DNA of 64,000 bases from an uncultured delta proteobacterium. GTDB taxonomy: Bacteria; Desulfobacterota; Binatia; UBA9968. The DNA lies in NCBI GenBank assembly GCA_963760795.1, contig CAVXEP010000032.1, forward strand, positions 384,001-448,000, in the 5' to 3' direction. This document shows, in pieces, positions 30,594-40,862 of the stretch (its first letter is position 1; each line of letters begins with the position of its first letter). Position numbers and translations under genes: made by a program. The notes beneath the pieces are model-generated. The model saw only the letters and a program-made list of their open reading frames with translations. It did no database searches and had not been told where the DNA came from.

Positions 30594-32100
30594 TCTGCCG
30601 GCGTTTCCATTGCAACTCTTGCTCCGGCGCCATCCCGACTGGGCCGGTCATCCGGCGGCGGTGGTGGCGCAGGACAAGCCGCAGGGGTTGGTCCTCTGGG
30701 TCAATGACAGCGCGCGCCGGCAGGGCGTGCTGCCCGGTCTGCGCTACGCCGCAGCGTTTGCGCTCGCGTCGACGTTGCGCGCCGGCGAAGTTTCTCCGGC
30801 TGAGAATGAAAAGGCGCTTGGCGATTTAACTCAGCGGCTGATGCGTTTTACTCCCGAGGTCGAGCCGGCGGCGCAAGAGCCCGGCGTTTTTTGGTTGAAC
30901 GGTGCTGGGCTGCAAGGTCTCTATGCTTCGCCCAAGCAATGGGCCAGCGCCATGCAACAAGATCTCTCCGCTCAGGGTTTTAGCGCCAATCTCGCCGTCG
31001 GTTTCAGCCGCTTCGGCAGTTATGCGGTCGCCAAGACGAAAGCGGGAATCACCATCTTTCGCGATGCTGTCGAGGAAAAGCAGGCGGCGAGCGCTGTGCC
31101 GCTCAACCGTTTGAACCTCGAGCCCAAGTTTCGCGATGCGCTGTTCAAGCTCGGCGTCAAAACTGTCGGCGCGCTGTTGTCCCTGCCGCCGGGCGGGCTG
31201 CGCGAGCGCTTCGGCAAACAAGCCCATCGTCTGCACCGCATGGCCGCCGGCGATCTGTGGACGCCGCTGGCGCCGAGCGTGACGGTGGAACCGGCGCGGC
31301 AGACGGCTATTCTCGATGACGCTGAGAGCGACAGCACCCGGCTGCTGTTTCTGATCAAACAACTGCTCCATCCATTGTTAACAACCCTCGCCGCGCGCCA
31401 TCAGGCGCTGGTCGCGCTCTGGTTATCTTTGCGGATCGATCACGGCGACTGCTTCAAAGAATCGCTGCGCCCAGCCGTGCCGACACTCGATGCCGTGCAG
31501 ATTCTCGATCTCGTCCGGCTGCGCTTGGAATCTCTTCAGCTTGCCGCCGGCGCGATCGAAATCGAGCTCTGCGCCGAAGCCTGCGCCGCCACCAGCGAGC
31601 AGTTGCGCTTATTTAACGAAAAACCAACCCGGGACCTCGAAGCCGCCAACCGCGCGCTGGCGCGTCTGCGCGCCGAGTTCGGCGACGACGCGGTGGTCTG
31701 CGCCAAGCTCACCGACGGCCATCTGCCCGAAGCAAGATTTACCTGGGAGCCGCTCACTCAAGTCAAACTTCCGACAAACGTTTTGAACGAAGCGAAGCGG
31801 TTGAACGATTTGAACGGCTTGAACCTCTCCACTCCAAATATGCTGATCCGCCGCGTCAACCAAAAGCCGATGCCCTTGGCCGGCGGCCCGTATCACAGCC
31901 ACGAAGACGGCTGGCTCGTCTTGGGCCCCAAGCATGGCACCATCGACAAACTCGCCGGCCCCTACGTCTTCGCCGGCGGCTGGTGGAACCGCGAGATCCA
32001 GCGCGAATACTACTACGCCGAAACCCGCCGCGGCGATTTGCTGTGGCTCTACTATGACCGGGTGAGAAGGAGATGGTTTCTTCAGGGCGCGGTCGAATGA
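30556..32100 (+). CDS. imuB: ImuB (inactive Y-family polymerase)
   Basis: ACVDLPAFPLQ, FTPEVE, GPYVFAGGWW..REYY..LWLYYD..WFLQG. Confidence 0.88.
   Translation: MKSSIPGRLACVDLPAFPLQLLLRRHPDWAGHPAAVVAQDKPQGLVLWVNDSARRQGVLPGLRYAAAFALASTLRAGEVSPAENEKALGDLTQRLMRFTPEVEPAAQEPGVFWLNGAGLQGLYASPKQWASAMQQDLSAQGFSANLAVGFSRFGSYAVAKTKAGITIFRDAVEEKQAASAVPLNRLNLEPKFRDALFKLGVKTVGALLSLPPGGLRERFGKQAHRLHRMAAGDLWTPLAPSVTVEPARQTAILDDAESDSTRLLFLIKQLLHPLLTTLAARHQALVALWLSLRIDHGDCFKESLRPAVPTLDAVQILDLVRLRLESLQLAAGAIEIELCAEACAATSEQLRLFNEKPTRDLEAANRALARLRAEFGDDAVVCAKLTDGHLPEARFTWEPLTQVKLPTNVLNEAKRLNDLNGLNLSTPNMLIRRVNQKPMPLAGGPYHSHEDGWLVLGPKHGTIDKLAGPYVFAGGWWNREIQREYYYAETRRGDLLWLYYDRVRRRWFLQGAVE
31777..31825 (+). repeat. 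TTGAAC tandem repeat lying in frame inside imuB
   Basis: aacgttttgaacgaagcgaagcggttgaacgatttgaacggcttgaac encoding NVLNEAKRLNDLNGLN. Confidence 0.7.
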
Positions 32101-32106
32101 TCGCTC

Positions 32107-32638
32107 CGTTCAAAAGTTCAACAGTTCAAAGGTTCAACGTATTTCGGAGCAGAGTTCTAAGAAGTAATTGGAGGTTTGTATGGCTGTGAAAGTGTTTGAA
32201 GACCTTGAGGTATGGAAAGAGGCTCGTCGGCTAACTCAAAGAATTTATCAGCTGACGAAAGATGAAAGCTTCGCAAAGGATTTCGGTCTACGTGACCAAA
32301 TTCGGCGGGCAGCTGTGTCGATCATGTCGAATATTGCCGAAGGATTTGAGCGGGGCGGTAATCAGGAATTCGTTCAATTTCTTTACGTCGCCAAAGCTTC
32401 GTGTGGTGAAGTGAGATCCCAGGTCTATGTGGCTTTCGACCAGAGTTACGTGGCGAACACAGCAGTCGACGAGCTGACAAACTCTTTCAAACGATTGTCG
32501 AGCATGATCAGCAATCTCATAACCTATCTCAGGAAAAGCGGCATGAAGGGTGAGAAGTTCAGAAAAACTGAATCGCCACCAAGCCGTCAGTAATTCCGAT
32601 TCTGGTCGTTGAACTTTTGAACGTTGAACGTTTAAACG
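32107..32638. mobile_element. GTTCAA/TTGAAC inverted-repeat element enclosing a four-helix-bundle gene
   Basis: Arms at 32107-32139 and 32607-32638 are near-perfect reverse complements. Confidence 0.7.
32180..32593 (+). CDS. Four helix bundle protein (23S rRNA-IVP-like, TIGR02436)
   Basis: FEDLEVWK, DQIRRAAVSIMSNIAEGFER, FLYVAKASCGEVRSQ. Confidence 0.92.
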   Translation: MAVKVFEDLEVWKEARRLTQRIYQLTKDESFAKDFGLRDQIRRAAVSIMSNIAEGFERGGNQEFVQFLYVAKASCGEVRSQVYVAFDQSYVANTAVDELTNSFKRLSSMISNLITYLRKSGMKGEKFRKTESPPSRQ

Positions 32639-32654
32639 AAATTAAGGAGTAACC

Positions 32655-32954
32655 ATGAACACCAATCGTTTTTTAAAAGTACATCCCGGCAGAATATTGT
32701 TAGAAGAATTCCTCGCCCCGCGAGGAGTGAGCGTCTGGCATCTTGCCCGCGACATCGGCGTGCCGACGCGGCGCGTTTATGACATCGTCCAGGGCCAGCG
32801 CGCCATCGACACCGACATCGCCCATCGGCTGGCGCATTACTTCGGTATGTCGGAGCGCTACTGGCTCGATCTTCAGGCGCGGTATGACGAGAATCAGAAG
32901 GATGACGTTTATCGAAGACGTGTTGCTCGTCATTGTCTAGCCGTAGCGAAGTAG
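32655..32954 (+). CDS. higA: HigA family antitoxin (no adjacent toxin)
   Basis: HPGRILLEEFL, LARDIGV, RLAHYFGMSERYWLDLQ. Confidence 0.85.
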   Translation: MNTNRFLKVHPGRILLEEFLAPRGVSVWHLARDIGVPTRRVYDIVQGQRAIDTDIAHRLAHYFGMSERYWLDLQARYDENQKDDVYRRRVARHCLAVAK

Positions 32955-33104
32955 GCTATGACCTGGTCATTTAACTGGATCTCTAATGTAGCTTAATCTT
33001 CCGCTGAACACGGAGTGATAAATGGCGCAGGACAACAATCCAAACTACTACACCAATCTCCAGCTCGTTCTTGAGGAACGTCGATGATCCGAGAAGTAAT
33101 TCGA

Positions 33105-33137
33105 AACGATTTGAACGGCTGGAACGTTTTGAACCTC
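33105..33137 (+). repeat. TTGAAC/TGGAAC tandem repeat
   Basis: aacgatttgaacggctggaacgttttgaacctc; shares a 16-bp exact match with the imuB internal repeat. Confidence 0.7.
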
Positions 33138-33155
33138 GATTTCAATTTGGTTTTG

Positions 33156-33229
33156 ACCAGCACGTTGATTTAAACGCACTATTGAACCGTGGCGGCAGAG
33201 GCGTGAACAGCCCAGCTGATCATCTATGA
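33156..33229 (+). pseudogene. intI: Degenerate integron integrase 3' tail (platform 4)
   Basis: TSTLI*TH/LNRGGRGVNSPADHL*. Confidence 0.8.
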
Positions 33230-33320
33230 TCTATAATAGTGGAAGCGTTGGCTGGAATAACCCGGCAATCGCTAGGGAGAGAGGCCGCCGGCCCAGCGGC
33301 TTTTGGCGGAGATTTTCACG

Positions 33321-33442
33321 TTGACAAGTTGGGGTAGCTGTTTGATATTGCAACCGATTTGGATTTTGGTGTCAGAGGCGTCGCCGGAGCTAAGCCGACC
33401 GGCTTTTGTCGCCGGCTACGGCGGCTCACTTAATAGTTGGGC
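33321..33442 (+). promoter_or_regulatory. Candidate Pc promoter and attI (platform 4)
   Basis: TTGACA-N17-GATATT; CTCACTTAATA-GTTGGGC; the first cassette ends in the complementary GCCCAAC. Confidence 0.7.
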
Positions 33443-33446
33443 CTGC

Positions 33447-34025
33447 ATGAAACGAGTGGCAATATTTGGGAACGCTGGTGGCGGCAAGTCAACGCTTGCC
33501 CGTGAGTTGGCGGCAATCACTGGATTGCCGCTTCACGTGCTCGATAAACTTCATGGTGAAGTTCCGTACGAAGAATATCTTCAGGCACACACGGCTCTCG
33601 TAAACAGAGATGAGTGGATCATCGACGGCTTTGGCTGTATCAAGTCAGTTTGGGAGCGGTTCGAGGCCGCAGACACTTTGATACATGTCGATCTACCTCT
33701 GGCAGCGCATTTTCTGTGGGTAACAAAACGGCTGATAACAGGGATGTTCGTCACTCCAGAAGGCTGGCCCGAAAAAAGTCCGATTATCAGCAGTTCAATT
33801 CAGAGTTACCGGGTACTCTGGCCTTGTCACAGCCGCCTGACGCCAAAGTACAGGTCGTACACTTCAGAAGCGGCACAACGAAAAAGGGTTTTTCATTTGC
33901 GTTCCAAGCAAGAGTTGAAGCAGTTTCTACAAGCCATCAAGCGGGAAGTCGGCTCTTTCCAGAGCCATGCGGCCCAACCAGTGGTTCACACCGACGTGCC
34001 CGCCTCCGGCGGGCCCGCGGGTTAA
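33447..34025 (+). CDS. Cassette: adenylate kinase/FlaR-like P-loop protein
   Basis: IFGNAGGGKSTLA, WIIDG, ADTLIHVD; the ORF reads into its attC. Confidence 0.8.
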   Translation: MKRVAIFGNAGGGKSTLARELAAITGLPLHVLDKLHGEVPYEEYLQAHTALVNRDEWIIDGFGCIKSVWERFEAADTLIHVDLPLAAHFLWVTKRLITGMFVTPEGWPEKSPIISSSIQSYRVLWPCHSRLTPKYRSYTSEAAQRKRVFHLRSKQELKQFLQAIKREVGSFQSHAAQPVVHTDVPASGGPAG

Positions 34026-34039
34026 CCGGAGCGTTCTGG
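33972..34039 (+). mobile_element. attC site
   Basis: GCCCAAC..GGTTCACACCG..CGGGTTAACC..GTTCTGG. Confidence 0.75.
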
Positions 34040-34043
34040 CTGT

Positions 34044-34790
34044 ATGAAAGGGGCAAGACGTGCGGTGCAGCGGCGGATAGCGCGAGCGATCACCGCGGCG
34101 CTGCTAGCGACTGCGGTAGTCGACGCCTCCGCCGAGCCGGAGATGACGTTTAAGTTCTCCGGTGTTCGCTCTACCGCGGCGGCGGCGTTTCAAAGCGAGA
34201 TGCAGCGGGCGCGCGCGAAGGTGCGCGAGTGGTGGGGTGCCACTTTCGAGGGCTTGATCTCTATCCAGACGAACACTGAGCGAGTGCTGTCGATGGCGTT
34301 AATTCCCGCTTGGCGTGGCGAGCGTGGCCAGATGATCTTCGGCGCGAAGCGCGTCGACGCGGGCGAGGCTGCGACCGTGCACGAGATGATCCATGTTTAT
34401 GCGCCCAATGCCAACCGGTTTCTCGCGGAAGGCCTCGCCGTGTATGGTCACGATCTCTTGGGCGGTCCGCCCGCCTACCCCAATTTCGGGAAAAGCCTCG
34501 ACGACATTGCCGGCCGTAGCGCGAACCGGGAGCTTGCGATGGCGCTTGAGCGCACACCTACGCCGAACCCTTTGGAAAGCGTAAGCAAGGAAGGCGAAGC
34601 GATTGCGGGCTCGTTCGTCAAATTCCTGATCGAGCGGCACGGCATGGACAAGTTCCGCGCGCTCTATGCGCTCACGCCACTCGCTCGGATGCAACGCGAT
34701 CCAGGCGGACCCACGCGCTGGCAGCAGGTCTACGGCGAGAGCTTCGAGGTGATCGTGGACGCTTGGCTCACTATACTGCCGAGAAGTTAG
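34044..34790 (+). CDS. Cassette: secreted protein with HExxH...EG motif (gluzincin-like)
   Basis: Signal peptide, VHEMIH, AEGLAV, SFVKFLIERHG. Confidence 0.6.
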   Translation: MKGARRAVQRRIARAITAALLATAVVDASAEPEMTFKFSGVRSTAAAAFQSEMQRARAKVREWWGATFEGLISIQTNTERVLSMALIPAWRGERGQMIFGAKRVDAGEAATVHEMIHVYAPNANRFLAEGLAVYGHDLLGGPPAYPNFGKSLDDIAGRSANRELAMALERTPTPNPLESVSKEGEAIAGSFVKFLIERHGMDKFRALYALTPLARMQRDPGGPTRWQQVYGESFEVIVDAWLTILPRS

Positions 34791-34823
34791 AGCAGAAAGA
34801 AAGGGGACATTGTGAATTTTTAG

Positions 34824-34881
34824 GCCTAACTCTCTGCTTCAGACCGACGCCGAATGCGCGCGGCTGAGCGTCACGTTCTAC
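34824..34881 (+). mobile_element. attC site
   Basis: GCCTAAC..GCTTCAGACCGACGC..GCGCGGCTGAGC..GTTCTAC. Confidence 0.8.
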
Positions 34882-35493
34882 TTCAAAGAAATGATTATCG
34901 TCCTGGACAGGGTCAACTGCCTCTGGAAAAACTGATACGGCGTGGGCTTTGGTCTCTCTCCAGGAACGTATCGTTTTTCTTGAAAACGACTGTTTCGCGT
35001 TGCGCAAACCATTTGATTCGAGCAATCAGAGAAGATTTAGTCACGCTGTACGATCAGCTACTTTTGAACGTTCAATTTCACCGTAAACGTGGCAATCCAG
35101 ATTTCGTCATTACTCTGTCACCGCCGATGGCAATTATATTTCCCGAAATGAAGTTCCGGTTCGAAGCCTTGGATCCCCAAATCTTTCCTTTCCTGCTGAC
35201 TCTGCACGCGTAGCGAGGCGGCGAGACGAATAGTTGAGCGTAGTCCGAGGGGAGCACCAGAAAGTGAGAGAACGGCGATGGCTAGGTGAAGATATCCAGA
35301 GTCTCAACTGTAGCTTTCCAGATGAGTCGGTCTTTATCAGAATTGACACGACGGAGATAGATGAGCTTGCAGTTGCCGAGCAGATCCGTAACAGAATTAA
35401 AAGCAGACCCAGGGCTTAACCGCACCGCCATCCCGCAAGGCGGGTTAGCGGACGGTTGGCCCAATTAGACAGCCGAAAGTCAGGAGGACGCCG

Positions 35494-36354
35494 ATGATCG
35501 ATCCGATCAGACGCAAAATACTGAAAGCGGGCGCCGCGGCGACGGTGATCGCCGCAGCGCCGCGCGTGTTTGCTCAGCAGGCTGGGCAGGGAGGCGCTGC
35601 CATGTCCTTCTACGAAAAAGGCCCCGTTCGCATCCGCTATCAGGAGGCCGGTTCCGGCTTCCCGTTGTTGCTCATCGCTGGCGGGGGACTAAACTCGGCG
35701 ATCTCCGGCTTGACCACCGCTCCTTTCAATCCGATCGAGGAATTCAAGGGAGAGTACCGTTGCATCGCGTCGGACCTGCGCAACGCGAATACCGGCCAGT
35801 CCTCCGGCCCGCTCGAAATCGACCGGACGTGGGATTCATTTACCGATGACCAGCTCGGTCTGATGGATCACTTGGGCGTCGACAAGTTCATGGTGCTGGG
35901 TTTCTGCATTGGTGGCCCCTTCATCTGGAACCTCATCAAGAGGGCACCCGATCGTGTTGTCGCCGCCGTGCTGGCACAGCCCGTCGGGTTCCGGCCGGAG
36001 ATGCCCAACGTCATGTACGACAGCGGCATGACCGGCTGGGGTCCGGCGCTGATCAAGCGCCGGACCGAGATTACGATGGAGATGGTCGAAAAATTTCTGA
36101 CCAAGATGTACCGCACGAATCCCGACTTCGTCTACACCGTGACACGCGATTTCGTGCGTCAGTGCCAGACGCCTATCCTGATCCTGCCGGACGATATCCC
36201 GGCGCATCCGTACGCCGTCGCCATGGAGGTTGCGATGCTCGCGCCGAAGGCCGAAGTGAGCCTGTACCCATGGAAAGAGCCCAAGGAACGGATTCCCCTG
36301 GCGGTGCGCCATATACGTTCCTTCCTGCGGGCGCATCGGCCTGCTTCTGTTTAG
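35494..36354 (+). CDS. Alpha/beta hydrolase with a Tat-like signal (probable cassette)
   Basis: IRRKILK twin-arginine leader, GFCIGG nucleophile elbow with Cys. Confidence 0.8.
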   Translation: MIDPIRRKILKAGAAATVIAAAPRVFAQQAGQGGAAMSFYEKGPVRIRYQEAGSGFPLLLIAGGGLNSAISGLTTAPFNPIEEFKGEYRCIASDLRNANTGQSSGPLEIDRTWDSFTDDQLGLMDHLGVDKFMVLGFCIGGPFIWNLIKRAPDRVVAAVLAQPVGFRPEMPNVMYDSGMTGWGPALIKRRTEITMEMVEKFLTKMYRTNPDFVYTVTRDFVRQCQTPILILPDDIPAHPYAVAMEVAMLAPKAEVSLYPWKEPKERIPLAVRHIRSFLRAHRPASV

Positions 36355-36936
36355 ACGGCGGTGTCTATACGACAAGAGGCTGACGCCCGGTCCGCGTTAC
36401 ACCTTGCTCATGCCGTCTAACCTTGCATGCCCACGGTGACAGCACCTACCGCCATGACGGCTAACCAATAAAGATTGAGACGACTTCAGAAGTCGTTTCG
36501 GTGTTCAAGAGGCTCGTGATCAAGGCAATAGCAATCAATAAGGGTAATGATGCGGCGTGTTGATTTTCGCCGAGGGTTGAAAGTCAGTTTGGCTGCGTAA
36601 AAGGGCGCGCAGTGAATTTGCAGTGATAGTTTTTGGTCATGCTCAGCATTGTTTCAAGCCGACACCTGGGAATTGTGAGCGTCGGGAGCGACATAGTTGG
36701 GGACGTGGGCGCACCTCGGCGCATCCCCTCAATCACCGCGTCGGACCTGCACAATCCATTATCTTGTGATATAAGATCGCGAAAAATGGCTTGCTCGGGT
36801 GCTTAGCCGAAGCTTTATTCAGCTGAAACAAACGTTCAAGGTGCTGCGAGGCGATCGCTGGTCAAGAGCATCGCGGCCGCGTTACTCGGCCGCAGCCGCT
36901 GAACCTGGTGTTGAGCGTCAAAGCGAAAGATTGCAT

Positions 36937-37332
36937 ATGCAGAACGATGAACAGGAAATTCGGCAGCTCGTTTCCACTTGGATGGCTGCGAGCAAGGCGG
37001 GAGATGTTGAGAAAGTCTTATCGCTGATGGCGGATGATGTTGTCTTTCTCGTACCTGGCCAACCGGTCATGCGCAAAGCCGACTTCGCGGCCGCGGCGCG
37101 AGCTCAATCAGGCCAAGACGCTCCGCAATTTGACGGCTCAAGTGAGATTCAAGAGATCAAGATTCTCGGTGACTGGGCCTTTATGTGGACCAAGCTTACC
37201 GTCGTCGTGACTCCGCCCGGTGGCGCTCAAACCATGACGCGTGCAGGTCATACATTGACTATCCTAAAGAAGCAAAGTGGCAAATGGGTGCTTGCGCGTG
37301 ATGCCAATATGCTCGCTCCGGTGTCGAAATGA
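36937..37332 (+). CDS. Cassette: SgcJ/EcaC (SnoaL/NTF2-like) protein
   Basis: DEQEIRQLV..WMAASKAGD, GKWVLARDAN. Confidence 0.85.
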   Translation: MQNDEQEIRQLVSTWMAASKAGDVEKVLSLMADDVVFLVPGQPVMRKADFAAAARAQSGQDAPQFDGSSEIQEIKILGDWAFMWTKLTVVVTPPGGAQTMTRAGHTLTILKKQSGKWVLARDANMLAPVSK

Positions 37333-37449
37333 CGCCTAATCCATCATTCTAGTCGCGCGTCTCTCGCAAGATCAACGAGCACGTTGCTTCAGACCGACGC
37401 GGAATGCGCGCGGCTGAGGTCTGGGTTAGGCCACTGACATACGCACTTT

Positions 37450-38010
37450 ATGAAGACCGAAAAGCAAAAGATGCTTGCGGGAGAGCTCTACGATCCTCTC
37501 GATCCGGAGCTCTGTCAGGAGCGCCAGCGATGCCGCGACCTATGCAAGTTGCTTAATGATTCACGGGAAGAGCAACAGGAGGAGCGGAAGGGCATTATAG
37601 CCGACCTTCTCGGAAGCCCCACCGATGCTTGGATCCAGCCGCCCTTCTTTTGTGATTACGGCACGAACATCTCGCTAGGTGCTAAGGTTTTTTTCAACTT
37701 CAACTGTGTGGTGCTCGATGTGATGCAAGTCACGATCGGCAGCAACGTTCTCTTTGGTCCATCTGTGCAGATTTACACGGCGACTCATCCGATCAACGCC
37801 GTAGAACGACGCAAGTGGTTGGAGTCCGCAAAGCCGATCACCATTGGATCAGACGTTTGGGTGGGCGGTGGTGCGATCATCTGCCCTGGTGTCACGATCG
37901 GTGATCGCACCGTCATTGGTGCAGGCAGCGTGGTTACGCGAAATATTCCCTCAGACGTGTTTGCCGCGGGGAATCCGTGCCGTGTTATTCGTCCCCTTGA
38001 CGAACAATAG
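37450..38010 (+). CDS. maa: Cassette: maltose/sugar O-acetyltransferase
   Basis: EKQKMLAGELY, PPFFCDYG, hexapeptide repeats, AGNPCRV. Confidence 0.88.
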   Translation: MKTEKQKMLAGELYDPLDPELCQERQRCRDLCKLLNDSREEQQEERKGIIADLLGSPTDAWIQPPFFCDYGTNISLGAKVFFNFNCVVLDVMQVTIGSNVLFGPSVQIYTATHPINAVERRKWLESAKPITIGSDVWVGGGAIICPGVTIGDRTVIGAGSVVTRNIPSDVFAAGNPCRVIRPLDEQ

Positions 38011-38197
38011 TATTTACAAACTCCACCGAACGTGGCCTAACCATGCGCTGCAGTGAACCCGGCCATCACGATCTGATTGCAATCGTGCCCGATCTACTGA
38101 CAACAGTTAGCCCAATTGAACAACGGTTTTTAAGATCGTCTTATTCGTTACGCGCAGCGAGCATTTCGCGGTCAACAAAACAAAGAAAGGACATTTT

Positions 38198-38875
38198 ATG
38201 ACTATGACGCCACGCCTCCGCAAATTCGCGCTCACTGCGCACATCACTTTCTCCGTCGGCTGGCTTGGCGCCGTCGTTCCTTACCTGGCGCTCGCCATCG
38301 TCGGTCTGACCAGTCACGATGCGCAGATGGTGCGCGCCGCGTATCTCTCGATGGAGTTGATTGGCTGGTTTGTCATCGTCCCATTGAGCCTCGCCGCACT
38401 GTTGAGCGGGCTTGTCCAGTCATTGGGCACCCCATGGGGCTTGTTCCGACACTGGTGGATAGTGGCAAAGTTCCTGCTGACGACGGGTGCCACTATCGTC
38501 TTGCTGGGGCACATGGAGGCAGTGAGCCGCATGTCAGGCATAGCGGCAAAGACGACATTGTCCAGTGCTGATTTCCGCAGCCTGCGGGTTCAGCTCGTGG
38601 TCCACGCTGCGGGCGGATTGCTGGTGTTGCTTGCGGTCACGGGATTATCGTTGTTCAAGCCGTGGGGCATGACCACTTACGGCCGGCGTCAGGTATCGCA
38701 GGCTGATTTGCCATCGCGTCCCAGGGGCGACCCCAGGTTGGTGCGCGAACCGGTCATTGCCACCGGCACCCCACGCTGGCTGCGCGTAGTGGGTATTCAC
38801 GCCATCGGTCTCGTCCTGCTGTTTGTCATACTGCACCTCACCGGTGTGCATGGCGGCGACCTGGGGAGCCATTGA
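38198..38875 (+). CDS. DUF2269-like membrane protein
   Basis: LTAHITFSVGWLG, LGTPWGLFRHWW..K, KPWG. Confidence 0.65.
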   Translation: MTMTPRLRKFALTAHITFSVGWLGAVVPYLALAIVGLTSHDAQMVRAAYLSMELIGWFVIVPLSLAALLSGLVQSLGTPWGLFRHWWIVAKFLLTTGATIVLLGHMEAVSRMSGIAAKTTLSSADFRSLRVQLVVHAAGGLLVLLAVTGLSLFKPWGMTTYGRRQVSQADLPSRPRGDPRLVREPVIATGTPRWLRVVGIHAIGLVLLFVILHLTGVHGGDLGSH

Positions 38876-39192
38876 GCATCGCATGAAGCTTCGCGAGCTT
38901 GGTCGGGTGCTGTCGCAAGACGCCGAGACAGTTTAAGTTTCACGTTCGACGGATGGTAGAGCATGAACCTGCTGGCCAACAAGCCGATGAATCTGACGGT
39001 TGTGGCGTTAAAGAGGTATCTCTCGCCGCCCAAAATGGCCGCTCAGGCGCTTAGGAGAGTCGTTTATTGTATAAAGAAATGTCTGATCAGGTACAGCAGG
39101 TGATCATAGATATCGTTTTGGATGTGTTACATGGCCACAGGGATTCGGCCTCGCAGTGCTTCTTACCGATTTCGTTTACACGGGGGTGATCT

Positions 39193-39492
39193 ATGGCAAG
39201 TGAAGCTGTGAGAGTAGTCGCGAAAGTTACCGCGCAACATGGCAAAGTTGAGGATCTCAAAGCGATTTTGCTGGGTCTCATAGGGCCGACACGCACGGAA
39301 AAGGGTTGCGTCAGCTATCAGTTATTGCAAAACAAAACCGACGAGAGCGATTTTGTTTTCGTTGAAGAATGGACGAGCGATGCCGCCATTGATAACCACA
39401 TGACAACCTCTCATGTGCAAGACGCCTTGGCCAAGATTGAGTCGATGCTCGCCCAGGAGCCTGATATCCGCAGGTACGTGATTATTGGGTAA
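39193..39492 (+). CDS. Antibiotic biosynthesis monooxygenase (quinol monooxygenase-like)
   Basis: PTRTEKGCVSYQL, FVFVEEW..H. Confidence 0.85.
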   Translation: MASEAVRVVAKVTAQHGKVEDLKAILLGLIGPTRTEKGCVSYQLLQNKTDESDFVFVEEWTSDAAIDNHMTTSHVQDALAKIESMLAQEPDIRRYVIIG

Positions 39493-39533
39493 ATATTTGC
39501 TGTATTCGACCTCATAGCGTACTGATACGATGA

Positions 39534-40817
39534 ATGAATCATTCAATTCAGGACGAGTTGACCATTGTTATGGCAGTGGTGTTTATTTGTGGCATTTTGC
39601 TGCTATCGATCGTCATTTGGTCGATCAGACGTCACCGCGATCCCAAACTGCACATTGAATGTGGTTCGCCGATCGATGAGCTGATTCCTTCCCTCGCCGG
39701 CCTGACGCTCAGCACAGCCGTTGCTGGCAATTCCGTCGAAGTCTTGGAGAACGGCGCTTTTTTCGAAGTGCTGCTGCAGCGAATTCGATCAGCTCAACAC
39801 TCAGTGCATTTCGAAACCTTTCTTTGGAAGGAAGGGGTGCTCGGTCAGCGCGTGGCGGACGCGCTGTCGGAGCGGGCTCGCGCAGGCAAGCAGGTGCGTG
39901 TAATGCTTGACGCAACGGGTTCGAATAAAGTAGGCAAGGCAGCTCGGCGACAGATGGAAGAAGCCGGATGCCGATTCGTGCTTTTCCATGAAAAGACTTT
40001 ACGCAACATCGGCGTGCTGAACGACCGCGACCATCGCAAGCTCGTCGTCATCGACGGTCGCGAAGCATTCGTGGGTGGTCATTGCATCGTCGACAGTTGG
40101 CTCGGCGATGCCCAAGACAGCGAACACTTCGGCGACATCAGCCTTAGGTTGCGCGGCCCGATTGTGAACAGCGTGCAGTCCGCGTTCAGCGAGAACTGGG
40201 CTGGGGAAACGGGGGAGTTGTTCGTCGGCGACGATGTGTTTCCGACCCTGGAACCTGCAGGCGACGTGTTGATCCATGCGGCGTACGCGAAGCCGGAAGG
40301 CTCGGCGCCTGCCGTGAAGATTCTTCACCATACGGCGATATGCCTCGCCCACAAGCGAATCTGGATTCAGAATCCTTATTTCATTCCCGAGCCGGAAGCG
40401 ATCGACGCGTTCGGGGAAGCCGTCTCCCGCGGCGTTGACGTGCGCGTGATCATGCCTTCGACTGGGGGATCCGATAACCCCATGGTGCAACACGCCGGGC
40501 ACCGCAACTTCGAAAAGCTTCTGCGCTGCGGCGTGCGTCTGTTCGAGTATCCCCACACGCTGCTGCATCAGAAAGTGATGACCATCGATGGTGTTTGGAG
40601 TGCGATCGGTTCAAGCAATTTCGACGACCGGTCTTTCGAGACCAACGACGAAATCACGCTCGGGATCCGGGACGCAGCAACGGCACAAAGGCTCGATGCC
40701 GTGTTCGAGAAGTACGCACCCCATTGCAAGGAAATCGAGCTTGAGGCGTGGCGCAAGCGCGGCCTGTGGCACAAGCTGATAGACAACGCTTTCTACCTGC
40801 TCAACGAAATCCTCTGA
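39534..40817 (+). CDS. Cardiolipin synthase-like phospholipase D
   Basis: Two HKD motifs (HRKLVVID, HQKVMTID), GSSNFD. Confidence 0.88.
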   Translation: MNHSIQDELTIVMAVVFICGILLLSIVIWSIRRHRDPKLHIECGSPIDELIPSLAGLTLSTAVAGNSVEVLENGAFFEVLLQRIRSAQHSVHFETFLWKEGVLGQRVADALSERARAGKQVRVMLDATGSNKVGKAARRQMEEAGCRFVLFHEKTLRNIGVLNDRDHRKLVVIDGREAFVGGHCIVDSWLGDAQDSEHFGDISLRLRGPIVNSVQSAFSENWAGETGELFVGDDVFPTLEPAGDVLIHAAYAKPEGSAPAVKILHHTAICLAHKRIWIQNPYFIPEPEAIDAFGEAVSRGVDVRVIMPSTGGSDNPMVQHAGHRNFEKLLRCGVRLFEYPHTLLHQKVMTIDGVWSAIGSSNFDDRSFETNDEITLGIRDAATAQRLDAVFEKYAPHCKEIELEAWRKRGLWHKLIDNAFYLLNEIL

Positions 40818-40862
40818 CCTAATACCGGCTCGCTTTAAGTAGGACTCCGCACCCTCATCCTA

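Noticed and set aside
33022-33087. Small ORF MAQDNNPNYYTNLQLVLEERR with an RBS
   Set aside because: Too short to assign; probably a deletion remnant
36478-36800. Possible IS end (GAGACGACTTCAGAAGTCG) in non-coding DNA
   Set aside because: No partner repeat or transposase found; too weak to call
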